Sequence record: PQ433349.1
DNA from: Escherichia phage vB_Ec-G1
Strand: one strand, 5' to 3'
DNA: 64,000 nucleotides
Below the pieces are notes generated by a model that searched no databases, was not told the DNA's origin, and was given only the letters and a program-made list of their open reading frames with translations. Below are positions 20,201-29,338 of this stretch, piece after piece; the first letter of the stretch is position 1; every line of letters starts with the position of its first letter. The translations under genes were made by a program, and so were the position numbers.

Positions 20201-20587
20201 TCCATAAAACAGTTTTGTAGCCAACCAGTCGTAGTTGATACCGTTGTGAGCCACAGCCATTTCAACCAGATATTCAGGCTTGTCTTTAAAATAACCTTCA
20301 TGATTAATAAAATCTGGGAAATCTTTTAGTTGAAAATGCGTGTAATCTTGCGCCACATACTCTTTAAGAACATATGTGTATTTACCATCTGACTCTTCAT
20401 AAGGACGCCCATCAAAGATGTATTTAGGGCCATCGTGGAAAGCTACTATTTCTCCTGTTTCATGGTTCTCTAAGACAATACAGTGCATTTGAAATGTGTC
20501 TTTGAGACGATAAGGACTAGCTAAATAATCAATAGTGTCATTATTCAACAATCCGTTTGCTTCAATATCCCATGTAAACTTACTCAC
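17255..20587 (-). CDS. DNA polymerase A (Pol I family) interrupted by an intein
   Basis: Motif A-like DFDSLEAKIESHY, motif B-like KSVKYGITYGA, motif C YHDE; about 245-aa insert after motif A. Confidence 0.85.
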   Translation of the reverse strand: MSKFTWDIEANGLLNNDTIDYLASPYRLKDTFQMHCIVLENHETGEIVAFHDGPKYIFDGRPYEESDGKYTYVLKEYVAQDYTHFQLKDFPDFINHEGYFKDKPEYLVEMAVAHNGINYDWLATKLFYGLDYSVKYNTWGKNKVKLIDSLILSKVLNPDRKIEGKSGHSLAALSRKAGGDVKIDFRKEIPEEDRFKTFAADMLYYCIYDNKANTSVYNYLMEEWGDYDKWEGPFELEQRVADIITRQEHRGFAFNMKQAEENLAFLDAEMERLRLLVEPILPPKPATKGYLKAFIPPKLQIKKNLEPTNHMINFAKKHDGHLEERDGDWWLVMLGKEWKLPVAADEPLCDPNIPATLNDTTHIKNWLVGLGWVPSEYKDKDLTLKSGTKIKKSEEELQKGIRAYVEQTLSSNFCQDRCDHLECTPETLERKIQERIAKGKGRGLKVLTNPCFTKGQEKEICPNLQALGEKFPYATQIVEYLTYKHRRNSILGGGADWEEDEEDQEYDKGFLAAVRADGRIPTPAATCDAATSRMKHRSVANIPRVTSLFGWEMRNLFGVEVPKYFQIGYDFDSLEAKIESHYCVPMDAQALTRKGWVGYHDLKEGDEILGYNAETGLKEWTKVKGKVFYKNSKTFEIKGKSHTYRATADHRWYVNTRSKGNTYVPKVRTTAELCTGDNIICNAPFNMEQDQVNSLTSVQQGKWDVPWVERVVNMSHAERVAFLEGFLIADGYWHEHKQKPVWRWAQNPGELFEAALTASYLVHGGNISVAFNTKEQKVKVVTLANRSHIPVQSLTIEEWGVEDVWCPQTELGTWVMRQKDCITITGNCWRYEPEPHEYCNALLLEKPNDVHTMMAKRITETIGRKFERSPAKSVKYGITYGAQADKVAKTIGSDKFTGQLVFDAFWEAAFPLARLKERLNDFWVKTGKQYVLGIDGRKVPTRSAHAILNSLFQSGGVICAKRAMVIYDDMIEEEGLSVDFFKDDWKNKDFVQQMIAYHDEAQLEVSRNLVEFKWFSPESLGWKKVDDPEEQKKIDKECLAKVEEWKHNKEKETGQIWANIHESPKGGWFTAYSRAGELAALAVTKAGEFYNLNVQLTAGYDVGNSWASCH
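18107..18841 (-). mobile_element. intein with LAGLIDADG homing-endonuclease domain inside PolA
   Basis: Insert begins with Cys (CVPMDAQ), contains VAFLEGFLIADGY, ends ...ITGN followed by Cys; junction codons checked against nucleotides. Confidence 0.6.
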
Positions 20588-21381
20588 TATTCCTCCTTTC
20601 TAATGTTCTCCAGAACCCACTGAAGTTCTTTTAAACTTAAACTTCTTACTCCCGCAGTTTTACTAGCTTCAGCTTTAAGTAACGGGTAAGCCTCAATGAT
20701 ACGCGTTTTAAGATCAGAAGTCAAGGCTTTTAAAAAATAGGTAGATGCTTCAGATAAAGAATCTTCTTCTGATAACACTTTACCTGCACTTGCTCCCGCT
20801 CTCCTAACGGCTATATCGTAGTCTTTACTGTTACCTAATACGAATAGTCGATTCTCTCCTAAAACAACGGGAGAACGCTTCTCGTTGCGTTTAATCCATA
20901 TCTGGAATACACAAGGAACATCCCAAGGTTCTCCATGAAGAATAAAAGATCCTTTTGGACATTCTTCTTCGTAAAGAAGATGCATGTGGGGATTTAGTTT
21001 GTGTGCAAAAAAGATTTTTTGAAATGTGCGAGGCAAGATAAAACAAATACCACCTTCGTTATCCAACATTTCAGCACAATGGTTAAAGAACTTAATGGCA
21101 AGACTAGCATTTTTTCCAAACGGAGGATTACCGACAAAAGCAGTTACACTACCAACAGACTCAACAGATTGAGCTAAAAAATCTGCCTCAATACAATCTT
21201 CAAACTTAGGGTCAATATCAAAAGAAGTTATGTTTTTAAAACAAGAAGAGAAAGCTCCTTCTCCCGCAGATGGTTCTACGTAGTTAGCTTCCTCTCCAAA
21301 AATTTCTTTGATCTTATCACATAAGAACCCCGCATAAGCGGGGTTAGTGTAATATTGATCAAGTGTGTTCAACTTGCTCAA
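20587..21381 (-). CDS. DNA N6-adenine methyltransferase (gamma-class amino-MTase)
   Basis: SAM motif VEPSAGEGAF and catalytic NPPF (VGNPPFGK). Confidence 0.75.
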   Translation of the reverse strand: MSKLNTLDQYYTNPAYAGFLCDKIKEIFGEEANYVEPSAGEGAFSSCFKNITSFDIDPKFEDCIEADFLAQSVESVGSVTAFVGNPPFGKNASLAIKFFNHCAEMLDNEGGICFILPRTFQKIFFAHKLNPHMHLLYEEECPKGSFILHGEPWDVPCVFQIWIKRNEKRSPVVLGENRLFVLGNSKDYDIAVRRAGASAGKVLSEEDSLSEASTYFLKALTSDLKTRIIEAYPLLKAEASKTAGVRSLSLKELQWVLENIRKEE

Positions 21382-21390
21382 TAGTCCTCC

Positions 21391-21822
21391 TTAGTTGTTA
21401 GCGAACTCAATAGTGAGGTCAACTTTACCATCATCAGAAATAACCATGTTTTTAGTATTTTTAAAGATGATATCTACTTTACCTTCACTTACACGACAGA
21501 ATGCAACACCATCTGCAACTTTATCGATATAATATTTGTAAGAAAGAATACCCACTTTACTACGACCAGCACCTTTTGTGAAAGAAGGGCTTACATCGAA
21601 ACGGAAACCTTTAGAAGAAACAACACGGTAAGAACGTCCAGTTGGGATATGTTCAATAACAGAGACATTGTTCTCAACAACTTTTACAGCAAACTCTTCA
21701 GGATGATCCTCAACAATCATGTGCGGAATGGCAAATGCCAACGCTTGTTTGTGTTTAATAACACCAGCACCCAGAGCACCAGCAGCTTTAACTTTTGCAT
21801 TCAGATCGATTGTCATACGCAT
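21391..21822 (-). CDS. hypothetical protein
   Basis: Track ORF 143 aa; own promoter upstream. Confidence 0.5.
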   Translation of the reverse strand: MRMTIDLNAKVKAAGALGAGVIKHKQALAFAIPHMIVEDHPEEFAVKVVENNVSVIEHIPTGRSYRVVSSKGFRFDVSPSFTKGAGRSKVGILSYKYYIDKVADGVAFCRVSEGKVDIIFKNTKNMVISDDGKVDLTIEFANN

Positions 21823-21855
21823 TTTTACTTCTCCTCTTGTTTGGTTGATGAGACA

Positions 21856-21884
21856 AGTATAAGTCCCTTCCGCAAAGTTGTCAA
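21856..21884 (-). promoter_or_regulatory. sigma70-like promoter
   Basis: On minus strand TTGACA, 17-bp spacer, TATACT, upstream of gene 21391..21822. Confidence 0.45.
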
Positions 21885-21914
21885 CAGGTATTTTTAATAA
21901 AAGGGCCGAAGCCC

Positions 21915-23693
21915 TTAATAGTTGCTATCCGTAGGCAAATTAGCAGGATTGTTGAAATACTGCTCTTTGTCATGCAGAGTTGCAGTTCTAATATCATAGT
22001 AAAACTGCCCTGCTGGACCAGTTTCCGAGAACTCACGGTTTTTTAGGATAAAGCAATGAGTCGTATTGCGTTCTACAGGGTCTTCAGCGGCTTTATCTCG
22101 TTCCAAAGCCAAGGTAATACCAGCACCTTTAGCCAAGAAACTACTACCCATTGCATCGTCCTCTGTTAAGTGTTCATTGCCACCATTAGCCGATTTCTTA
22201 ACGTGTGAGATGACGATAATAGTTATAGCATACTCTTTCATGATGCGCTTCAACCATGTTGCTAACTCTTCCTGGGCTTGAACATCCATACCAGAAAGCA
22301 AATCAGAATAAGGGTCGATAACAAGAATTGTTACTCCAAAATAGATGATCATCTCCAAAACTTTTTCTTTGATAGACTCCACATCTGCTCCACGATCATC
22401 ACACACATAAAAACGTGGTGATCCATCTTCTCTTTCGTAAAAATCTAGGATTTTTTCTTTATTCTCTTCCAAGATTTGAAATTTCTCTTCCGGTGTTTTC
22501 CTGTGTAGAGGAATATGCAGGAACGAGGACAACAGGTTACGAGAATATTTCTTATAAGTTGCTTCCAAGGACAGAATACCTAGGGTATGTTCTGGGTGCG
22601 CAACAATAATATGTTTGGTGATCTCGTTCACCATCAAAGTTTTACCGATACTGGTCTTTGCCAGGATGACTGTAATCTCTTCCTCTACTAAACCACCACC
22701 CAGCATATTTGCAGCAACACGCATAAAAGGAGGCAAGGTAATCATCTTGGATTCCAAGCATTCTAATGCAGCTTCATACAAGACATTAGAAGCATAAACA
22801 CCTGCTGGGGTGTATAGACGAGCACTCCAAAAAGCTTTTACGAAATCTTTTGCACGACCTTCTTCCAGATACTGATTGGCATCCTTAAGATCCATCTGCA
22901 TACGGTAGACTTTGTTACGAGGCAGCACCTTAACAATATTTTCAAATGCCTCATTACCTGCTTTGTCATTATCCATGCAAACAATAATCTTCTTAAATTT
23001 TTCAAAGAAAGGGTATTGTGCCTGAACTTGTTTATACATACTGGTTTCACCAGTTGTGCCACTAACTACTGCTGGAAGTTCATATTTGTTGTCCAAGTTT
23101 TCAGACAGCATTTGATAAGCTGCCAGAGCATCGTGTTCACCACCTGTAATTACCACAGTATGAGAACGGTCTGCAAAACGGATTTGTCCAAAAAGATCTA
23201 CATCTTTACCTACTTGACCAATAGGTTTACTGAAATCTTTAGGATGAATACGACGCTTAAAACCAACCAATTCTTTACCGATAGTAGTTGGATATAAACA
23301 ACTTTCTACTACCATCTGATCCCCTTCCTGACGGTATTCATAACGAACACCATAGAAAGATGAAACTTTTTCTTTAATGCCTCGATAACCACGTGGGTTG
23401 GTTGATGTTTCTTGAACAATTTTACGATGAATCTGTTTATTAAATTCCGAACCCACAATCTCCTCCTCTTCTTCTAAAACTTCACCATTTTCTCGTAACC
23501 ATTCTACGCTAGGAATAGTGTATTCACACGCAAAGCACTTAGCACCTTTATGCTCTCCATTAGAATCTAATCCATAAACCATCAGGTTATTACGAGAGCG
23601 ATCCTTGCCATTTTTCATGCAGCGCGGACAACCTGTATGCCCTTCCTTGCTAAGATCAACATCAAATCCATATTTAGTTATAATGTGCGACAC
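21915..23693 (-). CDS. primase-helicase (zinc-finger/TOPRIM primase fused to DnaB-like helicase)
   Basis: N-terminal CPRC...CFAC zinc finger, TOPRIM-like acidic motifs, Walker A AKTSIGKT. Confidence 0.8.
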   Translation of the reverse strand: MSHIITKYGFDVDLSKEGHTGCPRCMKNGKDRSRNNLMVYGLDSNGEHKGAKCFACEYTIPSVEWLRENGEVLEEEEEIVGSEFNKQIHRKIVQETSTNPRGYRGIKEKVSSFYGVRYEYRQEGDQMVVESCLYPTTIGKELVGFKRRIHPKDFSKPIGQVGKDVDLFGQIRFADRSHTVVITGGEHDALAAYQMLSENLDNKYELPAVVSGTTGETSMYKQVQAQYPFFEKFKKIIVCMDNDKAGNEAFENIVKVLPRNKVYRMQMDLKDANQYLEEGRAKDFVKAFWSARLYTPAGVYASNVLYEAALECLESKMITLPPFMRVAANMLGGGLVEEEITVILAKTSIGKTLMVNEITKHIIVAHPEHTLGILSLEATYKKYSRNLLSSFLHIPLHRKTPEEKFQILEENKEKILDFYEREDGSPRFYVCDDRGADVESIKEKVLEMIIYFGVTILVIDPYSDLLSGMDVQAQEELATWLKRIMKEYAITIIVISHVKKSANGGNEHLTEDDAMGSSFLAKGAGITLALERDKAAEDPVERNTTHCFILKNREFSETGPAGQFYYDIRTATLHDKEQYFNNPANLPTDSNY

Positions 23694-23705
23694 TTTGTTC
23701 TCCTG

Positions 23706-23984
23706 TTAAAATGGTTCGTTAGTCTCCATCATATATTCTGCTTCTAGTTCTTCCATGTGCTTTCTAAATTGGAAAGCAATTTCTGCTACAGTTACATTTA
23801 AATCTTTTTCAAAAACTTCTGTAGAGCCTTCATAAAAACGAATACCGTCAATTAAAAGCCCTCCGTGGTAATCCCAATCACTTTCACGAGAAAGCGGGTT
23901 AGGCTCTTCATAATAGTAATCCACCTCCACGACTAAGGCTTTCCCGTTACGAGTGGTGTATTCAAAATCAAAAGTGTTAATCAT
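23706..23984 (-). CDS. hypothetical protein
   Basis: Track ORF 92 aa. Confidence 0.45.
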   Translation of the reverse strand: MINTFDFEYTTRNGKALVVEVDYYYEEPNPLSRESDWDYHGGLLIDGIRFYEGSTEVFEKDLNVTVAEIAFQFRKHMEELEAEYMMETNEPF

Positions 23985-24928
23985 TATAGCTCCTCAAATA
24001 AAAGTCTACGACGCTCATTCAACACATCAATGTGATAATGAGTCCTGACATACTTAGCTAATGCTAATCCTTTCTCCATGCAAACATCGGGAGCACTTAA
24101 TAAGTATTCCGTAATATCTTTCCACTCGGAAGGTGTTTCAGCAAAGAATAACAGATCTTTAAACTCTTGTGTATGATAATTCTCACGAGGAGAACAGATC
24201 AAAGGTAAACCCTTAGCACCTGCCTCAAGAATTTTAAGATTGCTTTTTGCATTATTAAACACGTTATCAATCAATGGCGCAAGACTGATTTGATGACCAT
24301 CGTAAGATTCCATGTAGTTGGCATATGGTCTTACACCTTCATAAACACAAGTTGGTGCTACATTTTCCCTGATTACAGACCATTCACGACTACTTAAAAC
24401 TTCAGAATCCCTACGAAAACCACATATTGTAAGATCTTTACCAAAATCGGGCAAGATAGCCAAATCTTGTTTATGTGTTTCACTTCCAGCCCAGACTAAT
24501 GGAGTTTTGGAGTAGCGATCACGGGTCAACACAAATTGACCTTCATCGTAAGGAAGTCCATTAGGGATTATGTGCACATTATCATTGTATTGTGAAAGTT
24601 CAACTTGCAAGGCAGGTGTCGTAGTTGTAACAAGGTCACTGTGCTCTAAAAACCATTTTAAATGTTCACGAATACCTGATTCAAAAATACCTTCTAACAT
24701 GTGTCCTTTTGGAATAACTAAAGAGTCATCCAAATCCATAACCATTTTAAAGCCTAGGTTTTTAAGGGCTAAAAAGCCCTCTTTACCTTTTGTTGGCACC
24801 CCGTTAAAAACGAAAACGTTGTGTTTAGGTTGTGAAGAGAACTGCCTTGAGTAAGGCAGCACTACCCTATGGAAATCGCAGACACTATAATTGATTCCGT
24901 TACGATTGTCAAGAATTATTTGTCCCAT
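23984..24928 (-). CDS. glycosyltransferase (GT-B-like), paralog 1
   Basis: C-terminal KILEAGAKGLPLI resembles GT1/GT4 EAMAxGxPVI motif; paralogous to next gene. Confidence 0.5.
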   Translation of the reverse strand: MGQIILDNRNGINYSVCDFHRVVLPYSRQFSSQPKHNVFVFNGVPTKGKEGFLALKNLGFKMVMDLDDSLVIPKGHMLEGIFESGIREHLKWFLEHSDLVTTTTPALQVELSQYNDNVHIIPNGLPYDEGQFVLTRDRYSKTPLVWAGSETHKQDLAILPDFGKDLTICGFRRDSEVLSSREWSVIRENVAPTCVYEGVRPYANYMESYDGHQISLAPLIDNVFNNAKSNLKILEAGAKGLPLICSPRENYHTQEFKDLLFFAETPSEWKDITEYLLSAPDVCMEKGLALAKYVRTHYHIDVLNERRRLLFEEL

Positions 24929-24935
24929 ACATCAC

Positions 24936-25883
24936 CTACAAACTTTCAATAACCTGGCGTCGCAATTCGTTTGCATCTGCCAGATTGTAGTGTGTTCGAA
25001 CATGTTCAGCCAAGAACAAGCCACGATCTTCCCGATAGTTTGGATTGCGAAGAAGCTTAACAATTTCGTAATGCCATTCTGCTTTATTCTCTGCGTAAGC
25101 AACAGCACGAGCATCTACAGGGTTAAAATAAGGTAACACCTTAGAACAAACAATCGGAATACCTTTTGCCCCAGCTTCCAGGATTTTGAGATTACTTTTG
25201 CAATTATTAAAATCATTATCTACCAAAGGAGCTATAGCAATAGCATGACTTTCGTAAACATTCATGTAATTATCTAAATCTTTTACAGCAGCTTTATATT
25301 TGGCATTTGGTAAATTTCTGCGAATCTTAATCCACTCTTGTCCCGTGATGCTCTGCGATGCTTCATATCCCGCAATAGTAAGAAGTTCATCATCGAAAGT
25401 ATTAGAGACTAGTCGTAAATCGGGTTCGTGACTAGCACCGCCAGCCCATACAACAGGGGTACCGGATGAACGATCATTTGACAAAGTGAATTGTCCACTA
25501 TCAAAAGGAAGTGCATTTCGGATCACAACAACATTCCTATTTAAGTGACGGATCTTATATGCCAAGTATTCCGTAGTCACAATAACCACATCAGCAAGCT
25601 TAACCATAGCCACAATAGCATGAGTGTTTGACTCGTATAAACTTGCCAAATAATGCTCTGGATTAAGTTGGTAAAAATCATCTAAGTCTACAACAATCTT
25701 AACACCTTGGCGTTTCAAAGATAAAACGTATTCTGCACCTTTAGAGTGGATACGGTTAAACACAACAACATCTTTCTTAGGTTGAATATTATTGTTGTTA
25801 AATGGTATAACAATACGATGATAGTCACAACCGCTGTGAGGTTTTGCATCAATTTTTAGTTTAGACCATTTTTTATTTGACAT
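24936..25883 (-). CDS. glycosyltransferase (GT-B-like), paralog 2
   Basis: Shares CD(F/Y)HR(V/I)V(L/I)P N-terminus and KILEAGAKGIPIV motif with 23984..24928. Confidence 0.5.
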   Translation of the reverse strand: MSNKKWSKLKIDAKPHSGCDYHRIVIPFNNNNIQPKKDVVVFNRIHSKGAEYVLSLKRQGVKIVVDLDDFYQLNPEHYLASLYESNTHAIVAMVKLADVVIVTTEYLAYKIRHLNRNVVVIRNALPFDSGQFTLSNDRSSGTPVVWAGGASHEPDLRLVSNTFDDELLTIAGYEASQSITGQEWIKIRRNLPNAKYKAAVKDLDNYMNVYESHAIAIAPLVDNDFNNCKSNLKILEAGAKGIPIVCSKVLPYFNPVDARAVAYAENKAEWHYEIVKLLRNPNYREDRGLFLAEHVRTHYNLADANELRRQVIESL

Positions 25884-26556
25884 GTGCTAGTGCCTCCTCA
25901 TAAGAAAGTCGGATTTTCCCATTTTTAATATCCTCTAAAGATGCTTTGTATTCTTCCCAGTTAATACCAATAGCAGCTTCTTTCTCTTCTTTTGTCAGAT
26001 TAGCAAAAGGCATAGGATTGTTTCCAAAAACATCGTCTGGGTGGATATAAGCCATGATACGAAGTGGACAAGGTGTTGCCTGAATACCATGATTCAAACC
26101 AGCAGCTTTCAAACGGTGTCCCCATTCAGCATCTTCAAAACCATAACCGTGAGTGTAAGGGCGGAAATAACCCATCTTCTCAACAACGGCACGAGAATAC
26201 ATTGCAAATTGACACATTGCAAGTTCCCAGAGAATAACTTCTCCTTTGCTTCCAACAACTTTATCTTTGAAATACTCCGGCATACCAAAGAAATCCCATC
26301 CTCCAGAAACAGCCTGATCTACAAAGTATGTTTCCCATCCTTCCATGACTGGGTAGCAATCATCGTCAAAAATAAACCAATAATCATAACCTTCTTCATA
26401 AAACTGGTGCATAAGTTCATTCCTGGCATAAGCTACACCTTTACGATCTGGATCGTTGAATACTCGAAAATCTGCACGTGGATCTGTTACAAGGTAGTCT
26501 TTAAGTGGACGGACGCCTACAGTGATAACACCCACTCCGATTTTAATATTTTCCAT
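25873..26556 (-). CDS. putative glycosyltransferase (GT-A-like, tentative)
   Basis: 227 aa with acidic DDD motif (WFIFDDDCYP); tentative. Confidence 0.35.
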   Translation of the reverse strand: MENIKIGVGVITVGVRPLKDYLVTDPRADFRVFNDPDRKGVAYARNELMHQFYEEGYDYWFIFDDDCYPVMEGWETYFVDQAVSGGWDFFGMPEYFKDKVVGSKGEVILWELAMCQFAMYSRAVVEKMGYFRPYTHGYGFEDAEWGHRLKAAGLNHGIQATPCPLRIMAYIHPDDVFGNNPMPFANLTKEEKEAAIGINWEEYKASLEDIKNGKIRLSYEEALAHVK

Positions 26557-26564
26557 TATCTCTC

Positions 26565-27128
26565 CTAAATAGTTTTACTGTGATCGTGACAGTGTAATAA
26601 ATGATGTATAGACCGTTGAGGATTTGTTTGACCTAATCTGTAAATGTGAAACAGATACATTCCCCGCATCAATCCTAACCTCTTTCCTTTTTCATGTAAA
26701 GTGCGAGAGAAAATTAAGTCGAATTGGATAGATTTTTCTTCGAAAGGAATTTCATTCCACAACGATTTTCTAAAAAGCAAAAAGAAACCTGCCAGAGGTG
26801 TTCCGAAAGGAACTTCTTCAACACTCACTTTATGATATTCTCTTGCAATCTTAGCATATTCTATATGGTTTAGAATATCTGGATCATCGTTAATTTGGTT
26901 AGAGAAAAGCTGATAACCACTACCTAACCTGTTACAAGTTGCACCTATTACATCAAAAGGTGGGTTTGAAATAACAAGCTCTTCAAGCATAGATGGTTGA
27001 TCAGGCAGGAGGAACATTGTATCGGTATCTCTTAAGCACACCCAACTATCATCTGGAAGAACGGCAATAGCTTCATTGATAGCCTTGCCGATATTTCCTG
27101 TCAGATAGGGAGTAATATAATAAATCAT
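26565..27128 (-). CDS. hypothetical protein, possible nucleotide-sugar transferase
   Basis: 187 aa; CLRDTDTMF DxD-like motif; tentative. Confidence 0.35.
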   Translation of the reverse strand: MIYYITPYLTGNIGKAINEAIAVLPDDSWVCLRDTDTMFLLPDQPSMLEELVISNPPFDVIGATCNRLGSGYQLFSNQINDDPDILNHIEYAKIAREYHKVSVEEVPFGTPLAGFFLLFRKSLWNEIPFEEKSIQFDLIFSRTLHEKGKRLGLMRGMYLFHIYRLGQTNPQRSIHHLLHCHDHSKTI

Positions 27129-27144
27129 TCTCCCCTCCGTTATA

Positions 27145-27336
27145 TTAACTGTCAGCTACAATCCCACGTTTAATCATTTCTTGTTGGATTTGGATGACAC
27201 GATCTCGTGCTTCCATATATTCTTTAAAAGATTCTTGGAGATGGTCACGAGCTACATCCCGTAGTTTAATCAGTTTGTCGTTTGTCACTTCTTGAAGAGA
27301 GATCTCGCCAGTTTCATTGGTCCCAAGCGTTTTCAT
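27145..27336 (-). CDS. hypothetical protein
   Basis: Track ORF 63 aa. Confidence 0.4.
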   Translation of the reverse strand: MKTLGTNETGEISLQEVTNDKLIKLRDVARDHLQESFKEYMEARDRVIQIQQEMIKRGIVADS

Positions 27337-27592
27337 TTACAACCTCCTTAATAGCTACTGCACAGTTCTTACAAATACATTGACCTTTGTTCTTAGAAAT
27401 TTCAATGTAAGGTTCATTTTCGTTTTCTCCGCGTCGTGAATCGTATATTACAGTATTGAAGCAGACAACGCAAATGTTTTTAATAACGACATATTTTTGC
27501 ACTTTCTGTTTAGTGCGGAAATTGACTTCAATGACTTCTCCCATCAGTGAATCTCCCCTAAAATGTTGTTTTGAGACATTACTGCGGAGCAT
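27314..27592 (-). CDS. zinc-ribbon protein
   Basis: CVVCFN...CICKNC; true start may be internal Met. Confidence 0.4.
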   Translation of the reverse strand: MLRSNVSKQHFRGDSLMGEVIEVNFRTKQKVQKYVVIKNICVVCFNTVIYDSRRGENENEPYIEISKNKGQCICKNCAVAIKEVVNENAWDQ

Positions 27593-27891
27593 TCTACAGC
27601 ATCATGAGTCCTTGCAAAACGCTCCCACAGCACAGCATCTACTTTAAGAACCATACAAGGATAAATACTGTCGTTGATCATATCAATGCTATATTTATCT
27701 ACATCCTTTTCATCTTCCATAAACAAAGTAGCGTATGCTTCCAAATGTTTACGGGTGTAGTATACGTCCTCTTCGGTAAGACCGACAACCAGGTAACTTG
27801 CTACAACAACAGTATTATCTTCTTGCATTTTAACTCCCCTTTGGTAGATAGAAACCATGCACTTTATCTCGATAAACAAGACGCATATCAC
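27544..27891 (-). CDS. hypothetical protein
   Basis: Track ORF 115 aa. Confidence 0.4.
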   Translation of the reverse strand: MICVLFIEIKCMVSIYQRGVKMQEDNTVVVASYLVVGLTEEDVYYTRKHLEAYATLFMEDEKDVDKYSIDMINDSIYPCMVLKVDAVLWERFARTHDAVECSAVMSQNNILGEIH

Positions 27892-28351
27892 GCTCCCAGT
27901 GTGTCCTTATATTCCGTTTCTTGAAGTATAGAGCACCTTTAGTAACATCTAAAACAGACCGCAATTCAGGAAAATGTTTCTCTAAATAAAGTAAACGCTC
28001 CGCTATTGCTTTTGCTTCCTGCCACTTATCTTTCTCTGTTACGTTAAAAGTTTTCGCATATGAGAATTGCCCTTTCTGGAACAAGACTCCTCTGACTGTG
28101 TTAGGAAAGTAGGCATCATTTCTTCTATTGATTACCACATTCCCAACGGCATTCATTCCTTTTTTACCCAGACCGCGACCTTCTGCGTAAATTGCACAAG
28201 CTAATAGAATTTTATCATTATATTGCTTTGTACATTTGTGAACTACTTTAGCGGTTTTTACGTTTGCAGCTTCGGCTTTCGCCACAACAGGTGTAAATGT
28301 AAAAGCAGTTAAGGATAGTAACGCAACTGTTACAAAGTTTTTTATCAGCAA
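27830..28351 (-). CDS. secreted cell-wall hydrolase (SleB/CwlJ-like), candidate endolysin
   Basis: N-terminal signal peptide; AIYAEGRG...NVVINRRND...FQKGQFS; TTG start with AAGGAGG RBS. Confidence 0.6.
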   Translation of the reverse strand: MLIKNFVTVALLSLTAFTFTPVVAKAEAANVKTAKVVHKCTKQYNDKILLACAIYAEGRGLGKKGMNAVGNVVINRRNDAYFPNTVRGVLFQKGQFSYAKTFNVTEKDKWQEAKAIAERLLYLEKHFPELRSVLDVTKGALYFKKRNIRTHWERDMRLVYRDKVHGFYLPKGS

Positions 28352-28383
28352 ATTTTGCCTCCTTTTTAAGTTAACGAATTTCT

Positions 28384-28412
28384 AGTATAACACGATAGAG
28401 GCTTTATTGCAA
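28384..28412 (-). promoter_or_regulatory. sigma70-like promoter for the hydrolase gene
   Basis: On minus strand TTGCAA, 17-bp spacer, TATACT, just after a GC hairpin. Confidence 0.45.
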
Positions 28413-28450
28413 GAGGGGGATTTCTCCCCCTCAAAATCATTTGTTAATTA

Positions 28451-29053
28451 TTATGGACATTCATACCATTCTTTTTTACCACCGAAGGCCATCACCACAT
28501 CACAAATATCCAGACCAGCTTTGCCTACACCATATGCTTTCAGCTTCCATTCCCCATCTTCACGAACCAAGGAAGCCACGTGGCAGATTGTGTTGCCAGC
28601 TACTTCAGGAGCCAGGAAGTCAAAATCCAGAATTTCCACATTGCGCTCGGAGTCGAAGATTTTAAGCATACCTTCAGAAGCATGACCAAAACGTTTCAGA
28701 CCTGTATCATCATCAATGGTCAGAACAAAGGCAATCTCTTGTGCATCAGGGGAGATTTTAGCCAGAGTAATATCAATCTGCTCCATGCTGCCAGTTCCAT
28801 CACGAACATCGTCACCAGCGAAGGTAGAACGTTCAGGATCAAACTTGTTAGCATAGCAAACCAGATGACGTGCAGACAGCATTTCAGGATTGCCAGCGGC
28901 ATTGTGACGACAAACCAGTGCACTTACATCCAGATCCAGTTTAGAATCAGATTTCCAAGAGAATTCCAGGCGCAGTTCTTTCAGAGCCGGAGCAACTTTC
29001 TTCAGGGAAATTTTTTCGCTAGAGCCTTTTTTCAGGGAAATTTTATCAGTCAT
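28451..29053 (-). CDS. terD: TerD-domain protein
   Basis: 200 aa; N-terminal KISLKK strand and GDDVRDGTG...IAFVLTIDDD core typical of TerD family. Confidence 0.75.
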   Translation of the reverse strand: MTDKISLKKGSSEKISLKKVAPALKELRLEFSWKSDSKLDLDVSALVCRHNAAGNPEMLSARHLVCYANKFDPERSTFAGDDVRDGTGSMEQIDITLAKISPDAQEIAFVLTIDDDTGLKRFGHASEGMLKIFDSERNVEILDFDFLAPEVAGNTICHVASLVREDGEWKLKAYGVGKAGLDICDVVMAFGGKKEWYECP

Positions 29054-29068
29054 CTTTTGTCTCCTCTA

Positions 29069-29338
29069 TTATTTAAGTGTAATACCAGTTACAGTCAATT
29101 CTACTTCCAAAAGCTTAGATGTGTTTTGGATTGATACTAATTGTGCATGATGGTTTAGTTCTACAGCAGAATAATCATTTTCCCCATCGTCTACTTTTAA
29201 ATAAACAATGATTTCACTAAGGTCTAAACCATTTTCGTCAAATGCATTTTCATAGACGAAAGTATCTCCTACATCCAAATCTTTAATGGTAAGGCATCGT
29301 TTATTTACTTTTTGCTCATCAATTTCGAAGTTTAACAC
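29069..29338 (-). CDS. hypothetical protein, paralog of 30360..30638
   Basis: Shares DLDVGDTF...EVELTVTGITLK with the paralog. Confidence 0.45.
   Translation of the reverse strand: MLNFEIDEQKVNKRCLTIKDLDVGDTFVYENAFDENGLDLSEIIVYLKVDDGENDYSAVELNHHAQLVSIQNTSKLLEVELTVTGITLK

Noticed and set aside
26041-26568. 175-aa plus-strand ORF
   Set aside because: Antisense to the glycosyltransferase-like gene 25873..26556; the minus-strand frame has the better motif content and operon context.
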